DNA from: Candidatus Poribacteria bacterium
GTDB lineage: Bacteria; Poribacteria; WGA-4E; UBA9662
NCBI GenBank assembly: GCA_046582655.1
Contig: JAYGDX010000007.1
Span: 1 to 63,187 of the forward strand
Length of the DNA stretch: 63,187 nt
Reading direction: 5' to 3'
Within the stretch, counting starts at the first letter, position 1; the number at the start of each line of letters is the position of its first letter. A program made the translations under genes and the position numbers. Below, piece by piece: positions 1-10,518 of the stretch. The notes under the pieces were generated by a model that saw only the letters and a list, made by a program, of their open reading frames with translations, was not told where the DNA came from and made no database searches.

Positions 1-227
1 CCTAAATCGTAGTGCCACATGTTATCAAAAATAACATGATTTCCACCTGTTAGAACTGCTGCTGTAACCCAAGCTTCAATTGTGGCTGTTGATCTCAGAT
101 TTAGGCTTTCTGAATCGAGAATTTGAACATAATCTCCATCACCATCCAAACTCAAAGCTTTATTCTGTGCCAAAACAGAACCAGAAGCCAAAACAACCAG
201 CAAAAGTAATAGACTAATCTGTTTCAT
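1..227 (-). CDS. Secreted LamG/concanavalin-like domain protein, N-terminal part (runs off window edge)
   Basis: Manual translation MKQISLLLLLVVLASGSVLAQNKALSLDGDGDYVQILDSESLNLRSTATIEAWV: signal peptide plus ALSLDGDGDYV / TIEAWV LamG motifs. Not in the ORF track. Confidence 0.8.
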   Translation of the reverse strand, partial: MKQISLLLLLVVLASGSVLAQNKALSLDGDGDYVQILDSESLNLRSTATIEAWVTAAVLTGGNHVIFDNMWHYDL

Positions 228-965
228 CTCAATTTCACCAGATTTCAATATTCCCTAGTTTCAAAGTGGATCATAATTGCAGGATAAGCCCAAGTATAAG
301 CAGGAATTGGACAATGTCTATTTTATCAAAACACTACATTCTTGTAAAGTAGGATTTGCTTAGGGGCTTTGGGTATTCATTGCCTTTCCATGTTGATAAT
401 GCAGATGCAAGACCAACATAATTTAGGCAAAGATCCTGTTAGATCTTGAGCAGCCATTCTAAATCTAAATAGAGAGTTGGGATGAACCTACAGAATGCTA
501 TTCTTGTCGAAAAGAAATATAAATTACTTTATATTTCGCACTCGTTTACCTTCAGGATGGGTAATGTACTGGAGAGATTGAAATAATGTGATTTAATATG
601 AAATTGTAATATTTTATTATCCTCTGCCTATTCTATGTTGATAATGCAGGTGCAGGAACTAACATCATTTGGCAGTAACATAAATAAGACTTGTGAGATC
701 CTTGGACACAACACCTACCTAATACCACAGGAGGGTACTTTATAACATGATAGAACTTGAAGGATTTAGTGATTTCACAAACAGCTAATAGTAGAGTCTT
801 ATTTTGAACAGTTGAATTTTGAGAATGTCTGTTCATCAGATTATTGCCATAAAATTTTACTTCTGTTACAGTCTTAGCAGATTTCTTTAATGACAAAATC
901 ACTTAAGATTGAAATCCACTGCAGTAATCTCTAGATTTAAGGTGTTTGTAGAAGGATAAAATAAG

Positions 966-1739
966 ATGTTTCTCAAAAATTTGGTTATTATATTTTTCAC
1001 TTTTTGCTTGTTATTTGTTGGGAATAGTTTCGCCAAAGTGAAACCAGAAACGATAGTCGGAATTTGGTTGTTCGATGAAAACGTAGGCAATATTGCCAAA
1101 GATACTTCCCCAAACGGGAAAAATAATGGAGTTTTGCAGGAAAAACCCAAGTGGGTCCAAGGTAAGTTTGGTAAGGCTTTGGAATTTGATGGTACAAATG
1201 GAGTTGAGATTGCTAATCCTGAAAAATTCAATTTCTTGACCTGGACATATGTACTCTGGTTTAAAGCCGATCAGGGGGGAGATTACCCCAATTTGATCGG
1301 AAGGCAATTTGCCAATTCTCATGGCTGAACTATCCATCTGGACCCAGCAGGGCAAACTTTTAGGATAAGGATTGATACGGACGGTGGAATCAATCAAGTT
1401 AAAACAGTACCTAAAAATGTTAGAGACGGAAAATGGCATCACGGAGCTATTACACATGATGACAAAAATAAAAAATTGGAGATGTATATTGATGGGGTCA
1501 AAGGTGAAACAATTTATGCAGGAAATTATAAGAACAAGGGAGGCTTTCTGAAGATTGCATCACCTGCTGTTGGTGCTGTGAATCTAAACAAAGGTGCGAT
1601 TGATGAAGTTGCCATCTTTAATGTGCTGTTAACAAAGGATGAAATAACTGACATTATGAAAAATGGTCTGGAACCGTTGGCATCCGTTTCCTATTTAGAA
1701 AAACTAGCGTGTATCTGGGGTACGATAAAGAAACGATAA
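966..1739 (+). pseudogene. Secreted LamG-domain protein interrupted by one in-frame TGA (1326-1328)
   Basis: ORFs 966..1328 and 1476..1739 are in the same frame and the gap is open (HG*TIHLDPAGQTFRIRIDTDGG...WHHGAITHD). Motifs GKFGKALEFDG and GAIDEVAIFN; C-terminal KLACIWGTIKKR. Confidence 0.8.
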
Positions 1740-1911
1740 GTTTTTAGCAGTAGTATGCGTAGAATCTTGCTGTTCTGGTTAGTTCGCTTCTTTCCTTATT
1801 TTGGCTTTAACAGTTTATGCGAATGCAACGCTAGAAGTTACGTACAATTATCTCCCTTTTTAGTGCATGGAAATTGTCAAAGTTATTGAAAAGTCTATTA
1901 ATTGATAAAAT

Positions 1912-2712
1912 TTACTTATTCTTAATACGGCCCCAAGTCATCGCTAACTTACCGATGAAATCAACGTTTGTATCACCGGAATCAACGTTATAGTTTTTCT
2001 TTACCTCTTGGGGAGTAAGGGCACGAAGATAAATGGCTACTTCATCGATGTCACCTTCGAAATACCAAGGCTTAATAAAACTGTTGCGATCATGTCCCAC
2101 AGCCACAACAACATGACTAATTCCCGTTCGAGTTGTGATTTTACCTCCCTGATCCCCGTCCGGTTCACCGTTCAAGTATAAAGTCTTTATGTCATTCTTT
2201 CCGTCAGCTACATAGGTGATGTGTGTCCACTCTCCAGCTTTCACTGGTGACTTTGAACTGAAAACACCAAAACCATCACCCCCTCGCTGGGTTTCAACGG
2301 TTCCATCTGCGTTCAATTGTAACCAAGCATCTCCGCCACCATTGGGATTATCGTCCCAGATGATAACCTTCGGACCACCGGGTAGCTTCTCAACTTTTAT
2401 CCACATGGCATAGGTTAAGTCCTGACCCTCTGTTACGTCCCCCATAACAATGTAGTCCTCCTTGCCATTGAACCTCAGAGCTTCGTTGACTTTACCCTCA
2501 ACAATCTTCGGTCGACCTTTTATCTCTCCAGGATGTTCATTTCCAATCTGATCTAGTGCCTCACCAGCATTAATGTCGGTATGTTTCTTGTCAAAGGTCC
2601 AGTAACCGATCAAGCCGTCTTCCACCGCCTGACCTTTCGCTACTACAGGGTATAATATCAGCGATGTGGCAACCGTTAGGAAGATAAAACTCACAATTAT
2701 TCTAGATTTCAT
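1912..2712 (-). CDS. Secreted LamG-domain protein
   Basis: Likely start MKSRIIVS after AAGGGA; signal peptide; GLIGYWTFD, ALRFNG, WTHITYV, FEGDIDEVAIY; tail VDFIGKLAMTWGRIKNK. Confidence 0.85.
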   Translation of the reverse strand: MKSRIIVSFIFLTVATSLILYPVVAKGQAVEDGLIGYWTFDKKHTDINAGEALDQIGNEHPGEIKGRPKIVEGKVNEALRFNGKEDYIVMGDVTEGQDLTYAMWIKVEKLPGGPKVIIWDDNPNGGGDAWLQLNADGTVETQRGGDGFGVFSSKSPVKAGEWTHITYVADGKNDIKTLYLNGEPDGDQGGKITTRTGISHVVVAVGHDRNSFIKPWYFEGDIDEVAIYLRALTPQEVKKNYNVDSGDTNVDFIGKLAMTWGRIKNK

Positions 2713-2769
2713 ATTGTTATTCCCTTTTAGTGTATGGATATTATCAGAGTCATTGCAAATAGTAACGTT

Positions 2770-2814
2770 AAATAAACAAAGAAGTAAGGGGATAAACAAT
2801 ACCCCTTACTTCTT
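2770..2814 (-). terminator. Intrinsic terminator hairpin upstream of the LamG gene
   Basis: 13-bp perfect stem AAGAAGTAAGGGG / CCCCTTACTTCTT (2779-2791 / 2802-2814) with a 10-nt loop, running into a U-rich tract (TTTGTTTATTT) on the minus strand. Confidence 0.75.
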
Positions 2815-2874
2815 CATCCAGGTGGTTACGTTCTGACCACCTCTTTACAAACTGATCATGGAAAGTGCCCTCTG

Positions 2875-2916
2875 TTAAGAGATGACACCTCCCATGATCA
2901 TGTCATAATTAGACAT
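2875..2916 (-). CDS. Putative 13-aa leader/small peptide MSNYDMIMGGVIS
   Basis: Extended Shine-Dalgarno AAGGAGGTGATCA (2918-2930); GGAGG lies 7 nt before the ATG; ORF is embedded in the hairpin cluster. Confidence 0.5.
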   Translation of the reverse strand: MSNYDMIMGGVIS

Positions 2917-3199
2917 TTGATCACCTCCTTATTTCTCGGAGTATTACAAACCAGTATATAATATAACCTTGAAAAGAGCAAACTTTTCTGGCTTTCGTCA
3001 CTTCAATCTTAATATCGTCTACGATACAGTACCGCTCTCCTGATTTATAAGCACATATCTTGTTCTTGATCAATTGGCTGGTTCTCAGCACTGTCGCTAT
3101 AATCACAACGGGGAAGATTACTCGCCTGCAGGAGATTGTGGCTAAAGAGTTGAAGTGAATCTGTAATCCTTAGCCATTCCGGGATACGTTTTTTGTCAA

Positions 3200-4280
3200 T
3201 CAACACGAAGCCTACATTACGAAGCCTACATTATATCTCCGGACAATTTCCATTTGATCCTGATAATCAGCTTGGAATTTTGATTCCAACCAAGCAGAAC
3301 CTGAAGCTACGGCGATTTGAAGTACAATGGCAATATGTGAAATGACACGACCGTAACTCCAACGATTCAGAATTCATCCACAAGCAAAAATAAAGATAAG
3401 CAGAATTAACATCATACCCAATGAATCTCGCCAACTTAACCGGATACGGACTAAAAGTACCAGAACACCTATCAGTACTGGAAGTATTCTTCTGATAAAG
3501 GAAGAATACTTCACACGATTGCTAGGATGATAGGCTTTTGATTCAGAGCCCAGAAGTTGAATGACCGGACAATACGGCCACAAAACACCCAAAAACATAA
3601 CCAGAAAGAAGAAACCGGCTAATAGACTATATTTCCTCCATGAGAATGAAGGATCAGCCATTGATAATGATAAAATCCCAACAGCCAGAAAAATGAAAGT
3701 AATAGGATGCGTCAACAGTACTGTAACAGTAGATGCGATGATCGGAATTAACCACATACGATTTCGATCTTTCATCAGGCGAGCATATATCGGTAGTGTC
3801 ATGAAAGTCAGTGCCATTGAAAATGTAGAAGGATAAGGTAGTACATATCCCAATACTCTCAAATGGAAAAAACCGCTGTAACCCCAAGCATCTTTCCCCA
3901 AAGCGTTGTGACGAAAAGTAATGCGTAAAACGCTGTGGCACTTCGATCTTTGGGAAATAGTACTGAGATAAAGAATCTTAGTCCAAATAGCAAAAGCAGA
4001 AGATTGATAATTCCAAATACAGATAGGGCTGTTACTGGTTCCCATTTCATCAACCGGGCAGTGAGGGCAATAACCAATATATATGGGGAAAAAAGCGTGC
4101 GGAGCATCTACTGAAAGTTGTGGGTGCTTAGGGGAAAGAGGGGTGGGTGATGAGTTCATGAACGACCGCGCTATGTTCCCAAAAATCACCTACCCATTGA
4201 CCAATCATCAGAAATAATATGGCCAAAGCTAGGATATAAAACCGACTGTGTTCTACCAGGTCAGAAATAAAGAGCCTCAT
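3200..4280 (-). pseudogene. Multi-pass membrane protein (possibly GT-C glycosyltransferase-like), frameshifted several times
   Basis: Pieces in different frames join up: MRLFISDL...GDFWEHSAVVHEL / HPQLSVDAPHAF / FSPYILVIALTAR...LWGK / DAWGYSGFFHLRVLGYVLPYPSTF...LLTHPIT. Internal TGA at 3374. 3' end approximate. Confidence 0.6.
3205..3232. repeat. 14-bp tandem duplication ACGAAGCCTACATT x2
   Basis: Exact direct copies at 3205-3218 and 3219-3232. Confidence 0.9.
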
Positions 4281-4747
4281 AGTAAAAAACTATGTACTAC
4301 CAGATCTTCTTTGCCAGTTTACCCGTAGGTGGACATGTGATGAATCAAATTTTCTGGCAGGAATTTATGCAGACAAATGATGACAGATAATTATTTGTCT
4401 GATACAGCAATCCGCGGCTTTTGTAAAATCGGGATTAGATAACAGATATGTTACTACTACAATACCACAACAAAGCCTTTAATACCTTAGAATTAGATCG
4501 TGCTGGCAAGTCAGTAGATCAGGCATTTCACATGGAAAAACCAAACAACAACTTGAGACAGAAAATGAGTCATTATGTTAGAAAAATATTATCATTTTCA
4601 GAGTCTGATGCCCTCATTATCTGGTCACCGAGGAGGAGGTTGCCAACGACAATCTGAATTTACCACTTACGACTTACACGCAATCTTATTTTTGTTTTCT
4701 GGTATGTATTCAAAATGCCATGGCAACTAACGAAACATACTTGCTTA

Positions 4748-5314
4748 CTACGATAGTCGTTTGATCTGGAAGTTCTCAAAACGAATCCAATGTTCTGCAT
4801 CCTGCGGACCATTATAACATTGGATACTAACGCAATCGTCACTTGGCATGGGCAATTCTCCAGTTTCGGCAGTTTGGAATTCTGTTCCGTTTTCAGGACA
4901 ATATTGAGCTTCCCATGAATCAGCGGAGACAATTAGACGCAACCGAACACTCTCTGTGACCATCGATTGTTTACCGGGAATGATGTAGAGATCTCCATCG
5001 ATCAGTTCTTTAACTTCCTTAAATACTGGTTTACCATCATTATACCAGGTAATTCCAGCTTGCTCGTACTGTTGAATAGGATGAGTGTGATTGGTAACAG
5101 TTACTTCGATGGCAAATGTACCGTCATTGCGGTCCGGCGCTGGGCGAAGCAAGGCATTCTTAACAGTGTCTGCTACTCCAGGCACAACACGGATTTCCAA
5201 TCCATTGTTCTGAATACGCCAGTGCTCTGGATTTTCCCTCAGCCATGACCAACCTTCGTCCAGTTTGGCATCAAAGTTATCTTCAAAAATTATTTTCTCG
5301 TTGGGTGAATTCAT
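4748..5314 (-). CDS. Concanavalin-like beta-sandwich protein (DUF1349 / beta-xylosidase C-terminal-like)
   Basis: FEDNFDAKLDEGWSWLRE, QYEQAGITWY; GGAGGT RBS before MNSPNEK. Confidence 0.65.
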   Translation of the reverse strand: MNSPNEKIIFEDNFDAKLDEGWSWLRENPEHWRIQNNGLEIRVVPGVADTVKNALLRPAPDRNDGTFAIEVTVTNHTHPIQQYEQAGITWYNDGKPVFKEVKELIDGDLYIIPGKQSMVTESVRLRLIVSADSWEAQYCPENGTEFQTAETGELPMPSDDCVSIQCYNGPQDAEHWIRFENFQIKRLS

Positions 5315-5786
5315 GCTCATACCTCCATTCAATTGAGGGCTCATGGTAATCCCAGAAGCTGTCGCCCGCCTAATAGCAATTTAGTTTTGTTGTATCTTTA
5401 ACATGTCGATACATTATTAATTCACACGATTTATTATTTACAACACCAAAAACTGATGCCATTATCAGGTGCGTTTTTCTCGGATTATGAGCTCCTTTAC
5501 TGATAATTAAAAATTCTTGTTGGCTCAGAATTCAATGAATAAGCCTTAAAACTTTTGTTTTTAACAGTTTTTGAAGTGTAGCATGAAATGCATAATTGAT
5601 CAAAATAATGTTATCATATTTATATATTCAAGTAGACAAACATGCAATTAAGATCGAGACAATCAGTTTCTCATGTAAACTTGTTTTGGGAAGATGAAAG
5701 CACAAACTTCCTAAGCTCTATTTACCAAAGTTAACTAAAAACAGGCTGAAGTACGCGAATAAATCTTTAAAGTTTGGGGATTGGTA

Positions 5787-6992
5787 ATGGAAGCAGTGAT
5801 TTCGGAACGAATATTGGATAGGGAAAGCGAGAAAAGAAAGCGCAAGACAGCAATCCTTCTTTCAATCATTGCACACCTTTTTGTGTTGAATGTTATTGTA
5901 TTCTTACCACATAGAAATTATATGGAAGATGATAACTTTGTAAAAATTGACTGGATGCAGGAAGTTCCGAAAGAACGACTCCGCAGAATGCAAATTAAGC
6001 CAAAAGTTAAACCGGAAAGGGTACTTAAACCGGATCAACTTCTTGCCCGTGAAGCAAAACTAAAAAAGGCAGAAACTCCGAAGAATAAGCTGACTGAAGT
6101 AAAAAAATGGGAAGAACGACTTCTACTAAAAAACGCAGATCACGCAAAATTAAGTGAAGAAATTCCTGACTTGATGACAGACGCCAAGCTAAAGGATGCA
6201 GAGGCCTCCAATCTCAGTCGACTTGTTACACGAAACCCTGTTATTGGTGGGCGAGGCAAAGTAACTGGACGGGATCGCATTAAAGGGCAGCGTTCCGGGA
6301 TGGATATCGTTGATTCATACGGCGATTCGGAGGAAGGATTACTAGGCGGCGGTGGGAATCCTGGTGTTGCTGATCCCCTTGGTATTATCGATTTTCTGGG
6401 TGAATTCGGAGGTCCACAGGACGTTGTTTTTTGTCTGGATGTATCAGCAAGCATGCAGGCAGCAGGCCTTAGAAAACTCGAAATTGCGATTAGTTCTATC
6501 AAGGACTCGATGTTGGCACTCGGTGAAGATGACCAGTTTAACATTGTCACATTTCACGCTATTGCGCAGTCTCGCCATAAAACCATGAAGTCGGCAGACA
6601 TGGATGAGATCCTGCGTGCAATAAATTATCTTGATAAGTATACACCTGAACGAATTAACCGGAATTTGGGCACAAATGTCCTTGGGGCCATCGAAAAATC
6701 GTTCGAATCTAATCCAACCATTATAGTTCTAATCACCGATGGGTTGCCACAAACGCCAAAAGGAATGGAGAACGCTTTTGAAACCAACCCTAAAAAGATC
6801 ATTGAAGAAGTGAAAACCAAAAATGTCAATGGAGCAAAAATATTTGTCGTAGGTTTGGAAATAGATCTCAGAAACGCGGATGCGGAAAGACTCAGTTTTT
6901 TTGAGAAACTGGCAGGCGAAACTGGTGGACGCTTCAAGATGATCGGCAGCGAAAAATTGGCACGGAATCCCCTTTCTTCGGAATCAGAATAG
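5787..6992 (+). CDS. Membrane-anchored VWA-domain protein
   Basis: N-terminal TM helix (AILLSIIAHLFVL), charged linker, MIDAS motif VVFCLDVSASM, GTN, LITDG. Confidence 0.85.
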   Translation: MEAVISERILDRESEKRKRKTAILLSIIAHLFVLNVIVFLPHRNYMEDDNFVKIDWMQEVPKERLRRMQIKPKVKPERVLKPDQLLAREAKLKKAETPKNKLTEVKKWEERLLLKNADHAKLSEEIPDLMTDAKLKDAEASNLSRLVTRNPVIGGRGKVTGRDRIKGQRSGMDIVDSYGDSEEGLLGGGGNPGVADPLGIIDFLGEFGGPQDVVFCLDVSASMQAAGLRKLEIAISSIKDSMLALGEDDQFNIVTFHAIAQSRHKTMKSADMDEILRAINYLDKYTPERINRNLGTNVLGAIEKSFESNPTIIVLITDGLPQTPKGMENAFETNPKKIIEEVKTKNVNGAKIFVVGLEIDLRNADAERLSFFEKLAGETGGRFKMIGSEKLARNPLSSESE

Positions 6993-7023
6993 ACAATCAC
7001 CAAATTACCTAACCTAATGTGAA

Positions 7024-10000
7024 ATGAAAAAGCTGTTAATTAATACCCTGATTTTGGTTGTTTCATGGCTTATTTTAGATAGTCGAGTTATGGCTGATCC
7101 ACAGATTCAAGTTGGCAGCACCAAAGATTTCTATACCCATATTCCTGAAAGTAAAGTTCACGCTACCTGCATGGCAATCGGTAAAAACGTCTACCTCTAC
7201 ATTGAAGATTCGGTTAAAAATCTGATTACCGACGTAGAAACTGAAGAAATCGTAACAGAATTTCGCGACAAAATTTATCCCAAGATACACCAATGGATTG
7301 GTGAAGAACCGCGTCCTGGTCTTGATCGTGATTCGCGTTTTACGTTGTTGTTGCATGACGTTGGCAACAATAAATCAGCTCGTGATTACGGCGGCTATTT
7401 TTCATCGGCGGATCAGGATCCGTTAGATCCAAGTAGTAATCGTGGCGAAATTCTTTTTATGGACATCTATACTTACCTCCAGCGTGGGAAACGGACATTT
7501 TATACAAGCTTAGCTCACGAGATAACACATCTTGTTAACTGGTATCAGAACGGTGGTCAGACAGATGAAATTTGGATTGAAGAAGGAATGGCATCCTTTT
7601 CCGAATGGGCTATCTATGGAAACGTGCATACGATTTTCGTTGAGGGCTACCTCAAAGATCCAACTGTTTCGCTGACGGAAGCTAACACACAAAATGTCCT
7701 ATATGGTGCTGGTTTCATGTTTCTGCTGTATGCGTATGAAAATTATGGAGGCAGAGAGTTCATCAAAGAATTGGTTCGTCAGGATCAACTCGGCATGGCT
7801 GGGGTAGAAGCAACCTTAGAAACACTGGGTCGGCCGGAAAAAGCCATCGATATCTTTCAAAATTGGGCTGTGGCTAACCTCTTCAATGACCGACCGAAAG
7901 GTCAGCTGTTTGGCTACCGATATTTACCCGCGCGTTACAAGGTTACTGCACTGATTCCAGAAGTGACAAATTATCCAGCAGAAGGAACGGGTAGCGTAAA
8001 GAGTTTTGGTGTCTCATATATGCGGTTACGCAACCTGCCTGATCGACTTGAGATTGCGCTTGATGGCACGAAATCCAATCATCTCTACGCGCAACTGGTG
8101 AGCGTCTCCAACAGTGGTAATGCTTCGATTGAAAAGTTTACCTTCGATATAGATGATAACGCGAAACTGGAGATAAAAGATCTATTTTCTACTGAGCAAC
8201 TTATCTTAATCGTTACCTCGACCATTAATCAAGACTTCCGTTACAGCATCACAGCAATTGGCGATTCACCGATTGAGGTCGGTGCACCTCGATCCGGTCG
8301 GTTGCTGATGCCATCTGGCCAAATTACCCAAGAAGATGCAGACAATACGTTTCAACTGAGTACCCAGGACAAAAACATTTCCTATCGGCTTAAACCCTCT
8401 CAACGAATTCGGCTGACCAGTAATTATCAGGATTTATCAGTTGTTGGGGATCTCCTATATGCGGCAAGTGGCTGGGGAATCGAAGTGTTTGATCTATCAT
8501 CTAAGCAGTTTAACCGTATTGCTGAACTTCCTACTCCGGGGCACGCGCAAGGCATCCGAATCAAAGGCGACCTAGCCTATGTGGCAGACGGCACCGCTGG
8601 CGTACAGATAATCGCCATTGATCGACCAAAATCTCCTCAGATTATCCATACAGTTAACAAATTTAAAAATGTCGGTCAAGTCGAAGTTACGGGTAATAAA
8701 GTGTATGTCGTAGATATCGAACGCGGACTACACATTTATGATCTTGATGCTTTCCGCCAAAAGCCTGCACCGCCAATGATTGGTTATTACCCAACTAAAG
8801 GTGCGGCTGTTCATGTTGGTATCCATGATGGAAAGATCTATCTCAGTGATGATGAAAGTGGAATTCACACACTCAGCCTCGGCCGTGCGACTATACCAAT
8901 CATGATGGCCACAATACCAGTTTTGGGCTATGATTTCCAGCTTTTGGACGGTTATGCTTATGTAGTCGGAGTTGAATTGAGCATTGCGAATATTAGCAAT
9001 CCACAGAAGCCGAAGATTATTGCAACGATGGGCACTTCGGGAATTGCAACGGCTATTGAGATTCGAGACAGGTACGGTTATATTGCCGACCAGCAAGGTG
9101 GCTTAGTGATTGCCGATCTTAGTGATAAAGACCGACCAAGGATTATTGCCAAACAGCGAACAGCAGGAAGTACCGTTGGCGTTGCTCTCAGTGGGAACAC
9201 GATTTACTTGGCGAATGGATTAGATGGGCTGCAAATTGTAGATGTTGCTGATTTACATCAGCCAAAATGGATTGCGCACTTCAAAGGCTCAGGAACACCA
9301 ACGGATTTCTTCGTGGAGAATAAAAAAACCTATGTCACCACAGAATCAAGTCTGAAGGTAATTGACGGGAAACATACAGCGAGCCATATAGATGTCGAAT
9401 CCGCTACCAGTATCTCAGTCAAAGATGATTACGCATATGTGGCAGATAAATCTGGGGTGCTTGTCTATGACCTGAGCAATCCACGGCGGCCTATTAAAGT
9501 TGCTCGGATACAAATCCCATCTGCCATCAACATTCAGATTAACGATGATTTGGCCTATGTCTGTGCGGGAGACATTATAATTTTGGACATCTCATCTCCT
9601 CAAAATATCCGCCGTGTTGGTCGAATTCAAATGAGTGGTACCGCTTATCGTCTGGCATTTGAAGAAGATCTGATCTATATTGCCGCATTGGGTGATGGTG
9701 TTCGGGTGTTTAATATTGTAAATCCAGCCAATCCCCGTCCAATTTCAGGTTATCAAACGGATGGTAATGCGCTTGGTATTGCTGTAAAAAACGACAGAGC
9801 ATATATATTGGACAGTGATATTGGCGTTCGGGTTGTTGATTTTTCAAATTTAGGTCATCCCACAGATGTTGCTACCTATAACACAGAAAGTTTGCCGGTC
9901 TCCGTCGCAGTTCGTGGCAACTATATTTATGTGCTGGATCAAGGAGGCATCATACTCGTTGACACACGTACTGGCGAAACAATACCACAGGATAAAAACC

Positions 10001-10446
10001 TGCTTTTTCCCTCTGATTTAATGATCGTTGGTGATACACTCCACATTTTAGATCTATACGAACTGCAAGTATTTCAAATCAACGAATCGATTTTTTCACT
10101 TCCAGTGGAAGATGGAATGTATAGCAAAAATATGCAAGAATATCTTAAACCCTACCGGAACTGGCTTGGCCAAAATTTCCCTAACCCGTTTAATCCTGAG
10201 ACTTGGATTCCATTTGAACTTGAGGATCGTTGTGAGGTGGTGATTTCAATCTATGACCTTAATGGTTCGTTGATTCGGCAAATTCGACTTGGCCAATTAC
10301 CTTCAGGAAAGTATCTGGCCAAAGATCAAGCCGCTTACTGGGACGGTCGAAACCAAATTGGTGAACATGTCTCCAACGGTCTATATTTTTACCAGTTACA
10401 AACAGGAACATTCCAGCAAACAAAAAAGCTAGTTGTGACTCAATGA
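7024..10446 (+). CDS. Secreted zinc-metallopeptidase-like protein with LVIVD repeats and C-terminal FlgD-Ig/T9SS-like domain
   Basis: Signal peptide; AHEITHLVN...WIEEGMA (HExxH+E); many AYVADG..G..I.D LVIVD repeats; LGQNFPNPFNPETWIPFEL...YWDGRNQIGE.VSNGLYFYQL. Confidence 0.85.
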   Translation: MKKLLINTLILVVSWLILDSRVMADPQIQVGSTKDFYTHIPESKVHATCMAIGKNVYLYIEDSVKNLITDVETEEIVTEFRDKIYPKIHQWIGEEPRPGLDRDSRFTLLLHDVGNNKSARDYGGYFSSADQDPLDPSSNRGEILFMDIYTYLQRGKRTFYTSLAHEITHLVNWYQNGGQTDEIWIEEGMASFSEWAIYGNVHTIFVEGYLKDPTVSLTEANTQNVLYGAGFMFLLYAYENYGGREFIKELVRQDQLGMAGVEATLETLGRPEKAIDIFQNWAVANLFNDRPKGQLFGYRYLPARYKVTALIPEVTNYPAEGTGSVKSFGVSYMRLRNLPDRLEIALDGTKSNHLYAQLVSVSNSGNASIEKFTFDIDDNAKLEIKDLFSTEQLILIVTSTINQDFRYSITAIGDSPIEVGAPRSGRLLMPSGQITQEDADNTFQLSTQDKNISYRLKPSQRIRLTSNYQDLSVVGDLLYAASGWGIEVFDLSSKQFNRIAELPTPGHAQGIRIKGDLAYVADGTAGVQIIAIDRPKSPQIIHTVNKFKNVGQVEVTGNKVYVVDIERGLHIYDLDAFRQKPAPPMIGYYPTKGAAVHVGIHDGKIYLSDDESGIHTLSLGRATIPIMMATIPVLGYDFQLLDGYAYVVGVELSIANISNPQKPKIIATMGTSGIATAIEIRDRYGYIADQQGGLVIADLSDKDRPRIIAKQRTAGSTVGVALSGNTIYLANGLDGLQIVDVADLHQPKWIAHFKGSGTPTDFFVENKKTYVTTESSLKVIDGKHTASHIDVESATSISVKDDYAYVADKSGVLVYDLSNPRRPIKVARIQIPSAINIQINDDLAYVCAGDIIILDISSPQNIRRVGRIQMSGTAYRLAFEEDLIYIAALGDGVRVFNIVNPANPRPISGYQTDGNALGIAVKNDRAYILDSDIGVRVVDFSNLGHPTDVATYNTESLPVSVAVRGNYIYVLDQGGIILVDTRTGETIPQDKNLLFPSDLMIVGDTLHILDLYELQVFQINESIFSLPVEDGMYSKNMQEYLKPYRNWLGQNFPNPFNPETWIPFELEDRCEVVISIYDLNGSLIRQIRLGQLPSGKYLAKDQAAYWDGRNQIGEHVSNGLYFYQLQTGTFQQTKKLVVTQ

Positions 10447-10518
10447 TCCACCGATTGTTAACTCAATATTTTGGTTGAACCTTCTTCCTGAGTTTGCTAT
10501 TATCAGGCCAAACATAAA

